A stretch of DNA of 50,435 bases from Bacteroidales bacterium (GCA_040775045.1 JAXGTH010000004.1:1-50435), one strand, 5' to 3'. Shown: positions 30,038 through 39,897, counted from the first letter of the stretch. A program made the numbers and translations. Notes: generated by a model not told the origin, from the sequence alone.

Positions 30038-31096
30038 ATGGCTATTTTCAGCATCCCTGACATTCATGTTGCAGGCATAGCCGCCTCGGTTCCCGCCAGG
30101 GAAGTGAGCAACAGGGACTATGAACTCCTGTCGGAAAAAGAGCAGGAATTCTTTATCAAGACCGTGGGTGTGGAATATCGCCGTGTAGCGGATCCGGGCA
30201 TGGCCACTTCCGACTTCTGCTTCGCAGCAGCGGAAAAGCTCATTGACGGGCTGGGCTGGGCACGGGAAGACATCGAACTGCTGATCTTTGTTTCGCAGAG
30301 CCGCGACTATCTCATCCCGGCCACGGCAGGCATCCTGCAGGACCGGCTCGGGCTCCCGAAGTCATGCGCAGCGCTTGATGTGAGCCTGGGCTGTTCGGGA
30401 TATGTTTACGGCCTGTCGCTCATGGGGAGAATGATGGCAGGGGGTGCCATCCGCAAGGGGCTTCTGCTGGTGGGCGATGTCTCCACGCAGAATACTTCCT
30501 ACAGGGACAAGAGCACCTATCCCCTGTTTGGCGACGCAGGAACGGCCACCGCCATGGAATACCGCAAGGGTGCGCCCGACATGGCCTTCAACCTGCAGAC
30601 CGACGGGTTGGGGTACAAGGCCATCATCATCCCCGACGGGGGGATACGCAATTTCGCTTCAAGGGAACACTCCTTCGAATACGAGGATATTTCAGAAGGC
30701 ATCAGCAGGAACAGGCTCCACATCGCCCTCGACGGCCTTGAGGTGTTCAACTTTTCGCTCCGCGAAGTAGCACCCAATGTCAGGGCCCTGCTTGAATATA
30801 GCGGGAGAAGCATGGAAGAGATCGATTGCTTCGTGATGCACCAGGCCAACAGGCTCATGAACGAATCGATCCGGAAAAAGCTGAAGATCGAACCGGAAAA
30901 ATACCCGTATTCTATCGGCAGGTTCGGGAATACCAGTTCGGCATCCATCCCGCTGACCATCGTTACGGAACTGTCGGCCCGGGTCCGGAACAGCAAGCTT
31001 GTCATGCTTCTCTCCGGCTTTGGCGTGGGACTGTCGTGGGGCAGCGCGATCGTGACGGCCGACCGGGTCTATTGTCCTGCAGTCATCGAACTTTAA
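30038..31096 (+). CDS. KAS III / FabH-like ketoacyl-ACP synthase 2
   Basis: SLGCSGY, FGDAGTAT, MHQAN, FGNTSSASIP, GFGVGLSW. Confidence 0.9.
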   Translation: MAIFSIPDIHVAGIAASVPAREVSNRDYELLSEKEQEFFIKTVGVEYRRVADPGMATSDFCFAAAEKLIDGLGWAREDIELLIFVSQSRDYLIPATAGILQDRLGLPKSCAALDVSLGCSGYVYGLSLMGRMMAGGAIRKGLLLVGDVSTQNTSYRDKSTYPLFGDAGTATAMEYRKGAPDMAFNLQTDGLGYKAIIIPDGGIRNFASREHSFEYEDISEGISRNRLHIALDGLEVFNFSLREVAPNVRALLEYSGRSMEEIDCFVMHQANRLMNESIRKKLKIEPEKYPYSIGRFGNTSSASIPLTIVTELSARVRNSKLVMLLSGFGVGLSWGSAIVTADRVYCPAVIEL

Positions 31097-31106
31097 AATT
31101 TATCAT

Positions 31107-31856
31107 ATGTCGTTTTGCAGTCTCAGGGGAAAAACCATTTTCGTTACCGGCGCCTCGTCGGGCATCGGCATGCAGGCCGCCCTGCAGGCTGCCCGCCAGG
31201 GGGCCACGGTGTTCATCACCGGCAGGAACCGGGATAAACTCAATGAAACCCTGGATTCGCTTCCGGGAGAGGGGCACGGCATGATGGCCTGCGATCTCAC
31301 CGATGATGCCGGTCGCGCAGCACTGGTGAACGAACTGCCCGAACTCCATGGACTGGTACACTGCGCCGGCATCGTGGGCCCTACGCCGGCAAAATACATC
31401 CGGCAGGAGGATATCGACCGCATGCTGGGCATCAACTACCGGGTGCCGGTGCTGCTCACGGCAGCCATCCTGCAGAAGAAAAAGCTCCTCAACAACGCTT
31501 CGGTGGTGCTCATGTCGTCGATCGTCACGCGAAGCCCCTATTTCGGGGGCACGCTCTATGCCGGGGCCAAAGGGGCTATCGAAGCCTATACCAAAACGCT
31601 GGCCCTCGAGCTTGTCGAGCGCGGCATCAGGGTCAACTGCCTCTCGCCGGGCCTGGTCAATACGCCGCTGATCACCGATCCGGCCAAGGAATCGAACCCC
31701 GCCATCGTGGAAGACTCCATGCAAAGATACCTGGCCAAGTACCCCATGGGCGTTGGAGAAACTGAGGATGTGGCCAATGCCATCATTTTCCTGCTGGCCG
31801 ACGAGTCGAAGTGGATCTCCGGCGCCAACATCGATATGGGAGCAGTGGTGAGATAG
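31107..31856 (+). CDS. SDR oxidoreductase (FabG-like ketoreductase)
   Basis: TGASSGIG, HCAG, YAGAK (YxxxK), IRVNCLSPG. Confidence 0.9.
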   Translation: MSFCSLRGKTIFVTGASSGIGMQAALQAARQGATVFITGRNRDKLNETLDSLPGEGHGMMACDLTDDAGRAALVNELPELHGLVHCAGIVGPTPAKYIRQEDIDRMLGINYRVPVLLTAAILQKKKLLNNASVVLMSSIVTRSPYFGGTLYAGAKGAIEAYTKTLALELVERGIRVNCLSPGLVNTPLITDPAKESNPAIVEDSMQRYLAKYPMGVGETEDVANAIIFLLADESKWISGANIDMGAVVR

Positions 31857-31913
31857 AGAAACGTTGCATTACAGGTTAACACGCTTTGGCAGGCAGTGTT
31901 TCTGGGATGGAAC

Positions 31914-31948
31914 CGGGCATCAGGCACCGGGCACCGGGCATCGGGTGA
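31914..31948 (+). repeat. Heptamer tandem repeat, 5 units
   Basis: CGGGCAT CAGGCAC CGGGCAC CGGGCAT CGGGTGA. Confidence 0.85.
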
Positions 31949-31966
31949 TTGACAATAGACATTAAG

Positions 31967-33328
31967 CTATAGATTCACTATACTCCACAACTCATCTCCC
32001 CTTTTCCCTTTTCCATTTTCCCTTTTCACTTTTCCATTTTCCATTTTCATGATTCTCTCTATGTCTTCCGCCTTCACCGGGATCTGTGCGGTCAGGTTCA
32101 CCGGGCCCCCGGCAGTCACCAGGATGTCGTCTTCGATCCGGATGCCGATGTTTTCTTCACGGATATACAGCCCCGGCTCGCAGGTAAGCACCATACCGGG
32201 TTGCAGGGTGTCGTACTTTGATCCGACATCATGCACATCCAGGCCGATGGGGTGCGAAGTGCCGTGCATGAAGTATTTCATGTAAAGAGGTTTCTCCGGA
32301 TCCTGTTCCTTCACATCCGCTTCGCTGAAAAGGCCCAGGCTGATCATCTCCTTCTCCATGAGCCTGTTCACTTCCTTATTGAATGCATCGATGGTGGTAC
32401 CCGGCATGAGCAGGCCGATGGCCGCATCGTGGACCCTCAGCACGGCATCATAGCATGCCCTCTGCCTGCCGCTGAATTTACCGCCCACCGGTATGGTACG
32501 GGTGATGTCGGCTGCATAGTTGGCATATTCAGCCCCGAAATCCATGAGCAGCAGGTCACCGTCGCGGCAAACCCTGTCGTTATCGATGTAATGCAGCACA
32601 CAGCTGTTTGCCCCCGAGGCGATGATGGGCCGGTATGCATTTCCCGTGGCCCCGTTCACAGTGAATGCGTATTCGATCTCCGCCTGTACCTGGTATTCCA
32701 TCATGCCGGGCTGCAGCGAGCGCAGTACACGCTCGAAAGCCAGGCCGGTGATCTCTCCGGCTTTCCGGATCAGGCCGATCTCGGTTTCCGATTTGATCTT
32801 TCTCAGTCCGGCCAGCAGGGGTGCCGCACGCTCGAAGGTATGCAGCGGGAACCTCTCCTTCAGGTCATTGGCAAAGCGCAGGTCCCTGTATGGTACCGGG
32901 TTCGAATACTTCGGGTATTCATTCATGTTAAGGTAAACCTTCCCGGCCCACATCATCAGGTCCCTGAGGTAAAAATCAAAGTCTTTGGTCCAGTGAACGC
33001 TACTGATACCGGAAGCCTGCCGGGCTTTTTCCTTTGTGAGCTTCTGCCCCTCCCAGATGGCGATCTGCTCGCTCGTCTCCTTCAGGAAAAGCATCTCTCG
33101 CAGCTCAGGGTTGGGATGCCCGGGCGCCAGCAACAGGATTGTATCCTCCTGGTCGATGCCGCCCAGGTAAAACAGGTCCGATTGCTGCCTGAACGGGAAG
33201 TTCTGATCGCCGTTGCGCGGGTATTCATCACTGGAATGGAAGATGGCAAGGGCGCCGGAAGCCAGCATGTCGGAAAAGCGCTTCCGGTTCCCGATAAAAA
33301 AAGTCGGGTCGATAGGGTCGTATCTCAT
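31967..33328 (-). CDS. pepP: Xaa-Pro aminopeptidase (M24B), paralog 2
   Basis: FRQQSDLFY, LHY, DFGAEY..YAADITRT, HGTSHPIGLDVHD, EPGLY, GIRIEDD. Confidence 0.9.
   Translation of the reverse strand: MRYDPIDPTFFIGNRKRFSDMLASGALAIFHSSDEYPRNGDQNFPFRQQSDLFYLGGIDQEDTILLLAPGHPNPELREMLFLKETSEQIAIWEGQKLTKEKARQASGISSVHWTKDFDFYLRDLMMWAGKVYLNMNEYPKYSNPVPYRDLRFANDLKERFPLHTFERAAPLLAGLRKIKSETEIGLIRKAGEITGLAFERVLRSLQPGMMEYQVQAEIEYAFTVNGATGNAYRPIIASGANSCVLHYIDNDRVCRDGDLLLMDFGAEYANYAADITRTIPVGGKFSGRQRACYDAVLRVHDAAIGLLMPGTTIDAFNKEVNRLMEKEMISLGLFSEADVKEQDPEKPLYMKYFMHGTSHPIGLDVHDVGSKYDTLQPGMVLTCEPGLYIREENIGIRIEDDILVTAGGPVNLTAQIPVKAEDIERIMKMENGKVKRENGKGKRGDELWSIVNL
32002..32050. repeat. Heptamer tandem repeat, 7 units, inside the 3' end of pepP paralog 2
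   Basis: TTTTCCC TTTTCCA TTTTCCC TTTTCAC TTTTCCA TTTTCCA TTTTCAT. Confidence 0.9.
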
Positions 33329-33403
33329 TTCAAGGCACTATTTAAAACCAGTAAAAATAAGTCATTACCAGGGGCTTGGAGCAATTTGGAATCAGATATA
33401 TTT

Positions 33404-33411
33404 TATTTTTG
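33404..33411 (+). promoter_or_regulatory. Candidate -7 element for sdhCAB
   Basis: TATTTTTG in the AT-rich intergenic region upstream of sdhC. Confidence 0.45.
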
Positions 33412-33485
33412 TTATTCGATAAAAATACACTTATTTGGTGTATGCAGCTTAATCAATACCTTATCTCCCTGTAAAAACAACCACT

Positions 33486-34163
33486 ATGGCGAAGTTATTG
33501 CATTATTCTTCCCTCACGAAGAAATTCATTATGGCCGTTGCCGGTCTCTTCCTTGCCGTTTTCCTCATCGTTCACCTGGGCATCAATCTCTTCATGCTGC
33601 CACTCACCGAAAACCATGTTGAGATCTTTGAAACCGCAGTGCATTTCATGTCAACGAATGTCATCATCAAGGTTTTTGAGGTGGTGCTGTTCGGAGGTTT
33701 CATCATCCATATCCTCTATGGTCTGATCCTGCAGATCCAGAACTGGATAGCCAGGCCGGTGAGGTATAAGAGGGAAGGCTTTTCGCATACTTCGTTCTTC
33801 AGCAAGTACATGATCCATACGGGCATCGTGATCTTCATCTTCCTGCTGATCCACTTCATCAATTTTTATTTCGTGAAAGTCGGCTTCACGGAGGCTCCCG
33901 AAGGTCCGATGATTGTTACCAGCAACCACGACTTCTACCATATGGCCATCAACCTTTTCAGTTCCACCTGGTATTCGGTGCTTTACATCATACTGATCAT
34001 TATCCTTGGTTTTCACCTCAATCATGCCTTCCAGTCGGCCTTCCAGTCGCTGGGACTGAACCACAGCAAGTATACGCCCTTTATCAAGGCCGTGGGCACG
34101 ATCTATTCCATCGTCATCCCGCTGGGGTTCATCTGCATACCGTTCTATTTCCTGATCAGCTAA
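33486..34163 (+). CDS. sdhC: Succinate dehydrogenase/fumarate reductase cytochrome b subunit
   Basis: KKFIMAVAGLFL..HL..N, about five TMs, HLNHAFQSAFQSLG; precedes the flavoprotein gene. Confidence 0.93.
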   Translation: MAKLLHYSSLTKKFIMAVAGLFLAVFLIVHLGINLFMLPLTENHVEIFETAVHFMSTNVIIKVFEVVLFGGFIIHILYGLILQIQNWIARPVRYKREGFSHTSFFSKYMIHTGIVIFIFLLIHFINFYFVKVGFTEAPEGPMIVTSNHDFYHMAINLFSSTWYSVLYIILIIILGFHLNHAFQSAFQSLGLNHSKYTPFIKAVGTIYSIVIPLGFICIPFYFLIS

Positions 34164-34192
34164 CCTTTTACAGATAATAACACTCTTAAGAT

Positions 34193-36133
34193 ATGAAATT
34201 GGATTCCAAAATTCCCGAAGGGCCCATTGCCGAAAAATGGACGAATTACAAGGCGCATCAGAACCTCGTCAACCCTGCCAACAAGCGTAAGATCGATATC
34301 ATCGTGGTGGGTACAGGCCTTGCCGGAGCGGCAGCCGCTGCCAGTCTTGGCGAGATGGGTTTCAACGTGAAGAATTTCTGCATACAGGACAGTCCGCGCC
34401 GTGCACACAGCATCGCCGCACAGGGAGGGATCAATGCCGCCAAGAACTATCCGAACGATGGCGACAGCATCTACAGGCTGTTTTATGATACGGTAAAAGG
34501 CGGGGATTACAGGGCCCGTGAGGGGAATGTTTACCGCCTCGCCGAGCTCAGCAACAACATCATCGACCAATGCGTGGCCCGTGGTGTTCCCTTTGCCCGT
34601 GATTACGGCGGCCTGCTCGACAACAGATCCTTTGGGGGGGCGCTGGTTTCCCGCACTTTCTATGCACGCGGGCAAACTGGCCAGCAGCTTTTGCTCGGCG
34701 CCTACGGGGCACTCAGCAAGGAGATCGGCAAGGGTACGGTGAAGATGTATACCCGCAGGGAGATGATGGACCTGGTGGTGATCGATGGCAGGGCGCGCGG
34801 CATCATTGTTCGCAACCTTGTCGACGGCAAACTGGAACGCTACTTCGGCCACGCCGTGGTGCTGGCCACGGGAGGATACGGCAACGTCTTTTTCCTTTCG
34901 ACCATGGCCATGAACTCAAATGGCAGCGCCGCCTGGCAGGCCTACAAGCGTGGCGCCCTGTTCGGCAACCCCAGTTTCACACAGATCCATCCCACCTGTA
35001 TCCCGGTTCACGGCGATTACCAGTCGAAGCTCACCCTGATGAGCGAAAGCCTCCGCAACGACGGGCGCATCTGGGTACCCGGGAAAAAGGAGGATGCAGA
35101 AAAGATCAGGAAAGGGCAATTGAGACCTAACGACATCCGTGAAGAAGACCGCGACTATTACCTGGAAAGAAGGTATCCGGCTTTCGGTAACCTGGTACCC
35201 AGGGACGTAGCCTCTAGGGCTGCCAAGGAGCGTTGCGATGCAGGTTACGGGGTGGGCAGTACCGGCCTGGCCGTATACCTCGACTTTGCCGATGCGATCA
35301 AGCGGCTGGGCAAATCGGTCATAGAGGCCCGCTATGGCAACCTTTTCCAGATGTATGAAAAGATCGTGGATGAGAATCCGTACGAAACACCCATGATGAT
35401 CTACCCGGCAGTGCATTATACCATGGGTGGGCTGTGGGTGGATTATGAGTTGCAGACGACCATCCCCGGCCTCTTTGCCGGCGGAGAGGCCAACTTCTCC
35501 GACCACGGGGCCAACAGGCTTGGCGCATCCGCCCTCATGCAGGGGCTTTGCGACGGGTATTTCGTACTGCCATACACCCTGCAGAATTACCTGGCCGACC
35601 AGATCCTGGTACCACGCATCCCCACCGACCACCCCGATTTTGAAAAGGCGGAGAAGGAGGTCAGGGAAAGGCAGGAAAAACTCATGGCCATAAAAGGTAC
35701 GAAGACCGTCGACAGTTTCCATAAAAGGCTTGGTCATATCATGTGGGACTATGTGGGCATGGCCAGGAACAGGGAAGGGCTCGAAAAGGCCATCGGCCTG
35801 ATAAGGGAACTCCGGAACGAATTCTGGAAGGATGTCCGCATCCCGGGGATGATCGAAGAGCTGAACACAGAACTCGACAAAGCCCTCAGGATGGCAGACT
35901 ACCTTGAACTGGGCGAACTCATGGCGCTGGATGCCCTGGAAAGGAACGAATCCTGTGGCGGCCACTTCCGCGAAGAGTACCAGACCGAAGAAGGCGAAGC
36001 CCTCCGCGACGACATGAAATACAATTACGTGGCCGCATGGGAATTTAAAGGTGTCGGGCAGAAACCTGAACTTCACAAGGAGCCGCTGGTATTTGAAAAC
36101 ATAGAGGTAAAACAGCGGAATTATAAATCATAA
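34193..36133 (+). CDS. sdhA: Succinate dehydrogenase/fumarate reductase flavoprotein subunit
   Basis: [45 protein letters not shown]. Confidence 0.96.
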   Translation: MKLDSKIPEGPIAEKWTNYKAHQNLVNPANKRKIDIIVVGTGLAGAAAAASLGEMGFNVKNFCIQDSPRRAHSIAAQGGINAAKNYPNDGDSIYRLFYDTVKGGDYRAREGNVYRLAELSNNIIDQCVARGVPFARDYGGLLDNRSFGGALVSRTFYARGQTGQQLLLGAYGALSKEIGKGTVKMYTRREMMDLVVIDGRARGIIVRNLVDGKLERYFGHAVVLATGGYGNVFFLSTMAMNSNGSAAWQAYKRGALFGNPSFTQIHPTCIPVHGDYQSKLTLMSESLRNDGRIWVPGKKEDAEKIRKGQLRPNDIREEDRDYYLERRYPAFGNLVPRDVASRAAKERCDAGYGVGSTGLAVYLDFADAIKRLGKSVIEARYGNLFQMYEKIVDENPYETPMMIYPAVHYTMGGLWVDYELQTTIPGLFAGGEANFSDHGANRLGASALMQGLCDGYFVLPYTLQNYLADQILVPRIPTDHPDFEKAEKEVRERQEKLMAIKGTKTVDSFHKRLGHIMWDYVGMARNREGLEKAIGLIRELRNEFWKDVRIPGMIEELNTELDKALRMADYLELGELMALDALERNESCGGHFREEYQTEEGEALRDDMKYNYVAAWEFKGVGQKPELHKEPLVFENIEVKQRNYKS

Positions 36134-36160
36134 AGGGATAATTACGAAAAAACATACATC

Positions 36161-36916
36161 ATGGACTTCACATTAAAGATCTGGAGACAGGAAAATGCAA
36201 AAGCCAGGGGCAAATTCATGACCTACAAGGTGACCAATATCTCATCCGATGCCTCCTTCCTTGAGATGCTCGACATCCTCAACGAAAGCCTCGTCGACAA
36301 GGTGCAGTTGCCCATCGCATTCGACCACGATTGCCGTGAGGGCATCTGCGGCATGTGCAGCCTGTACATCAATGGCCGTCCGCATGGCCCCGACCAGGGG
36401 ATCACCGTTTGCCAGATGCACATGCGTAATTTCAAAGACGGGTCCACCATCGTGATCGAACCCTGGAGGGCAAGACCATTCCCTGTGATCAGGGACCTGA
36501 TGGTTGATCGTTCGGCATTCGACGAGATCATACAGGCCGGGGGATACATCTCTGTCCGCACCGGCAGTGCTCCCGACGCCAATAACATCCCTGTGAAGAA
36601 GGAACATGCCGACCTGGCCATGGACGCCGCAACCTGCATTGGCTGCGGTGCCTGCGTGGCAGCATGCAAGAACGCCTCGGCCATGCTCTTCGTGTCGGCC
36701 AAGGTATCGCACCTGGCCCTGCTGCCCCAGGGTAAGGTTGAAGCGGCCAGGAGGGTCCAGATGATGGTAGCCAAAATGGACGAGCTCGGGTTCGGAAACT
36801 GTACCAACACCTATGCCTGCGAAGCCGAATGTCCGAAGGAGATCAAAGTGACCAATATCGCCAGGATGAACAGGCAGTTCCTGGGCGCCAGGCTGGGTGC
36901 ACAGAAAATGGCCTAG
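36161..36916 (+). CDS. sdhB: Succinate dehydrogenase/fumarate reductase iron-sulfur subunit
   Basis: [32 protein letters not shown]. Confidence 0.96.
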   Translation: MDFTLKIWRQENAKARGKFMTYKVTNISSDASFLEMLDILNESLVDKVQLPIAFDHDCREGICGMCSLYINGRPHGPDQGITVCQMHMRNFKDGSTIVIEPWRARPFPVIRDLMVDRSAFDEIIQAGGYISVRTGSAPDANNIPVKKEHADLAMDAATCIGCGACVAACKNASAMLFVSAKVSHLALLPQGKVEAARRVQMMVAKMDELGFGNCTNTYACEAECPKEIKVTNIARMNRQFLGARLGAQKMA

Positions 36917-37028
36917 GATATTGTGCTGGTGGAAACTGAACGCTCAGGTTTATAATTATCATTTTACTAACATTCCTTTTACGTTGCTGAACCCTGGGCA
37001 CTGAAAGGCATTAAGCACGCCAAGTTAT

Positions 37029-37036
37029 TATCTTTG
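37029..37036 (+). promoter_or_regulatory. -7 element for holB
   Basis: TATCTTTG ends 4 nt before ATG 37041. Confidence 0.65.
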
Positions 37037-37040
37037 CCCT

Positions 37041-38177
37041 ATGCAATTCGCGGAGATCATCGGACAGGAACAAGTCAAGAAAAAACTGATCCAGACGGTA
37101 CTGGAAAACAGGGTCAGCCACGCACAGCTGTTCCTGGGGCCCGGAGGCTCGGGAAAGCTCGCCCTGGCCATTGCCTATGCACAATATATCAACTGCCGAA
37201 ACCGCAGCGAACTCGATTCCTGCGGGGTTTGTCCCTCATGCCAGCAATTTGCCAAACTGGCGCATCCCGACCTTCACTTCTCCTATCCCATAATCATCAA
37301 CAAGAAGAAGCAAAAAGAGATTAGCAGGGATTACATCACCGAATGGAGGGAATACCTGTTTGAAAAACATTTTTATCCCGAACTGGCCGAATGGCATTCG
37401 AAGATGGAAACCGAAAAGAAGCAGGGGGTGATCGGTGCCGATGAGTGCAACCAGATCATCCGTACGCTGAGTTATAAGAGCTACGAGGGGAAATACAAGG
37501 TGATGATCATCTGGATGGCCGAAAGGCTTTACCATTCAGCCGCGCCAAAGATCCTGAAGATCCTCGAGGAACCACCCGAAAAAACCCTGTTCATCCTGAT
37601 CTCGGAAAAACAGGAGCAGATCATCAGCACCATTCTTTCACGCACCCAGGTCGTGAAGATACCCCCGCTCGACGATGATGCCATGAGCAGGATCCTCTCC
37701 ATGAAGTTCGGATATCCCGGCGAAAGTATCAGATCCATCCTGCCTTCCGCTGCGGGAAATGTCACACAGGCCATCAGCATGCTGGAAGAAAGCATGAGCG
37801 GCGAATTCTCCAGCAGCGAATTCAGGGAATGGATGCTGATGTGTTATGCCCGAAAGTACAAAGACCTCTATGACTTCGTGAGCAAGACCGCCAGAGATCC
37901 AAGGACCAGGCAAAAACAGCTGCTCACCTACGGCCTCAGCCTGTCGCGCAGCTGCCTGCTATACACGTACGGCAGAAAGGACCTCCTGAATATCGCCGAC
38001 CACGAAGAAAGGGAGTTCGTCAGCAAGATCTCCAGGTTCCTGAACCACAGCAACGCGCTCGAATACGTTTCCCTCTTCGAAGAAGCGCTGCTCCATATCG
38101 AACGTAACGGCAATGCGTCACTTGTCTTTATGGACCTCTCGGTCAGGGCGGGGAAACTCCTGAACCCTGCCCGTTAG
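37041..38177 (+). CDS. holB: DNA polymerase III delta-prime subunit
   Basis: IIGQ, SHAQLF.GPGGSGK, zinc module C..SCGVCPSC, HPDLH, LKILEEPP, TILSR. Confidence 0.92.
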   Translation: MQFAEIIGQEQVKKKLIQTVLENRVSHAQLFLGPGGSGKLALAIAYAQYINCRNRSELDSCGVCPSCQQFAKLAHPDLHFSYPIIINKKKQKEISRDYITEWREYLFEKHFYPELAEWHSKMETEKKQGVIGADECNQIIRTLSYKSYEGKYKVMIIWMAERLYHSAAPKILKILEEPPEKTLFILISEKQEQIISTILSRTQVVKIPPLDDDAMSRILSMKFGYPGESIRSILPSAAGNVTQAISMLEESMSGEFSSSEFREWMLMCYARKYKDLYDFVSKTARDPRTRQKQLLTYGLSLSRSCLLYTYGRKDLLNIADHEEREFVSKISRFLNHSNALEYVSLFEEALLHIERNGNASLVFMDLSVRAGKLLNPAR

Positions 38178-38221
38178 GAACATAAGGAGGAATTTCATAC
38201 ATTTGTGGGCCTTATTGACAG

Positions 38222-39334
38222 ATGGAAATGGACGAGAAGAATGAAAATATATTAAAGAACGATTTTATCAGCAGGGGGTGTGCCATCGCTCCCAGGATAT
38301 ACGATAAAAACGATGATATTTTCAGGCACGGGTGTTGCAAGCTCGACAGCCACGACTGGCTGGCCGATATCCCCGCTGCCGACAGCGGTGAACCATGTTC
38401 CATGGCAGAGATTCGTTTCAAGAACAGCCGGCTCGAATTTTTCCAGGCCGCACCCGACCTTGACCTGAAAACCGGCGACATTGTCGCTGTGGAAGGATCT
38501 CCGGGCCACGACATTGGCATCGTGTCACTCACGGGAGAAGCCGCCCGGCTGCAGATGAAAAAGAAGAAGGTGAACCCCGAAACCGGTGAATTCAGGAAGG
38601 TTTACAGAAGGGCCCGGGTTTCTGATATCGAAAAATGGATCACCGCCGTAAGCAAAGAGGAACACGCGAAATACAAGACGAGGGAGATCGCCGGAAGGCT
38701 CAACCTCCAGATGAAGGTTAACGATGTTGAATACCAGGGCGACAGCACCAAGGCTACCTTTTATTACACGGCCGAAGAGCGTGTCGATTTCAGGGAACTG
38801 ATCAAGGTCCTTGCCGAAGAGTTCAGGGTGAGGATAGAGATGCGGCAGATCGGGGTAAGGCAGGAAGCCAGCCGCCTCGGAGGGATCGGGTCCTGCGGTC
38901 GCGAGTTATGCTGTTCAACCTGGATGTCGAAATTCCAATCGGTGAGTACCAGCTCGGCACGCCTGCAGCAGCTTTCCCTCAACCCCCAAAAGCTGGCAGG
39001 TCAGTGTGGCAAACTGAAATGTTGCCTGAACTTCGAAAATGCCATGTACGAAGATGCGCTGAAAGAATTCCCAAGCAGCAAGATCACGCTCAAAACCAGG
39101 AAAGGGGATGCCATCCACCAGAAAAACGATGTTTTCAAAAGACTTATGTGGTACTCCTATGCCGACGACAGGTCGGACATCATGGCCATACCGCTCGACA
39201 AGGTGAAAGATATCATCCGCGACAATGAGAAAGGGAAGCTGCCCGAAAAGCTTGAAGATTTTGCTTTCGTGAGGGAAAAGAAGGTGGATTTCGAAAATGC
39301 GACCGACCAGGACGACCTCAAGCGGTTTGATTAG
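38222..39334 (+). CDS. ricT: PSP1-domain protein, RicT/YaaT family
   Basis: RVDFRELIK..RIEMRQIG, GSCGRELCC, GQCGKLKCCLNFE; TACATTTG element at 38198-38205. Confidence 0.88.
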   Translation: MEMDEKNENILKNDFISRGCAIAPRIYDKNDDIFRHGCCKLDSHDWLADIPAADSGEPCSMAEIRFKNSRLEFFQAAPDLDLKTGDIVAVEGSPGHDIGIVSLTGEAARLQMKKKKVNPETGEFRKVYRRARVSDIEKWITAVSKEEHAKYKTREIAGRLNLQMKVNDVEYQGDSTKATFYYTAEERVDFRELIKVLAEEFRVRIEMRQIGVRQEASRLGGIGSCGRELCCSTWMSKFQSVSTSSARLQQLSLNPQKLAGQCGKLKCCLNFENAMYEDALKEFPSSKITLKTRKGDAIHQKNDVFKRLMWYSYADDRSDIMAIPLDKVKDIIRDNEKGKLPEKLEDFAFVREKKVDFENATDQDDLKRFD

Positions 39335-39389
39335 CGTTACACAATATTTCAGGGGTTTTTCCCTTAATGTATCTGTAGCATTGATCCAT

Positions 39390-39866
39390 ATGATGAAGAA
39401 AAGGCTCATCCGGCTGCTGTTCATACTCCTTGTCCCGGCCCTGGCGGGATGTGGCAGGGGAAGCCTGTACAGCGAATACGCCACCATCGAAGGTGATGCA
39501 TGGAACCAGGATTCCATCCTGCATTTCGAGATCAGTGTCGATGACAGTCTCGCACTTTACGACTTCTACATCAATATCAGGAATAACACTGATTACCCTT
39601 ACAGCAACCTGTATCTGTTTTTCACTACGGGATTTCCCAACGGGCACAGCACAAAGGATACCATCGAGTTCATCCTCGCCGACAAGGACGGCCGTTGGCT
39701 GGGATCGGGCTCAGGCAGGATAAAAGAGAACCAGATATTGCTGCAGCAGGCCCTCAGGTTCCCCATCAAAGGGACCTACCATTTTTACATGGAGCAGGGT
39801 ATGCGGCAGGCCGAATTGCCCGGTATCGAGGATATCGGAATAAGCATTGAAAATCATAAACAGTGA
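39390..39866 (+). CDS. gldH: Gliding motility lipoprotein GldH
   Basis: Lipobox LAGC, RNNTDYPYSNLYLF, DT..LAD..G.WLG.G, EQGMR; ricT-gldH-PBP1A context. Confidence 0.9.
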   Translation: MMKKRLIRLLFILLVPALAGCGRGSLYSEYATIEGDAWNQDSILHFEISVDDSLALYDFYINIRNNTDYPYSNLYLFFTTGFPNGHSTKDTIEFILADKDGRWLGSGSGRIKENQILLQQALRFPIKGTYHFYMEQGMRQAELPGIEDIGISIENHKQ

Positions 39867-39897
39867 TCACAGGCCCAGCCGGCCAAAAAGCAATAAG

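Noticed and set aside
23639-31856. Flexirubin/aryl polyene or dialkylresorcinol cluster
   Set aside because: No FabB/FabF-type KS or chain length factor, dehydratases, ammonia lyase or DarA-like cyclase in the window.
24655-31856. Ladderane or hopanoid biosynthesis
   Set aside because: Only superficial overlap (B12 radical SAM plus fatty acid genes). No FabF/FabZ, phytoene-desaturase-like or squalene-hopene cyclase genes are present.
38182-38190. Shine-Dalgarno-like ATAAGGAGG upstream of ricT
   Set aside because: About 30 nt from the ATG and upstream of the likely -7 element; Bacteroidota rarely use SD sequences.
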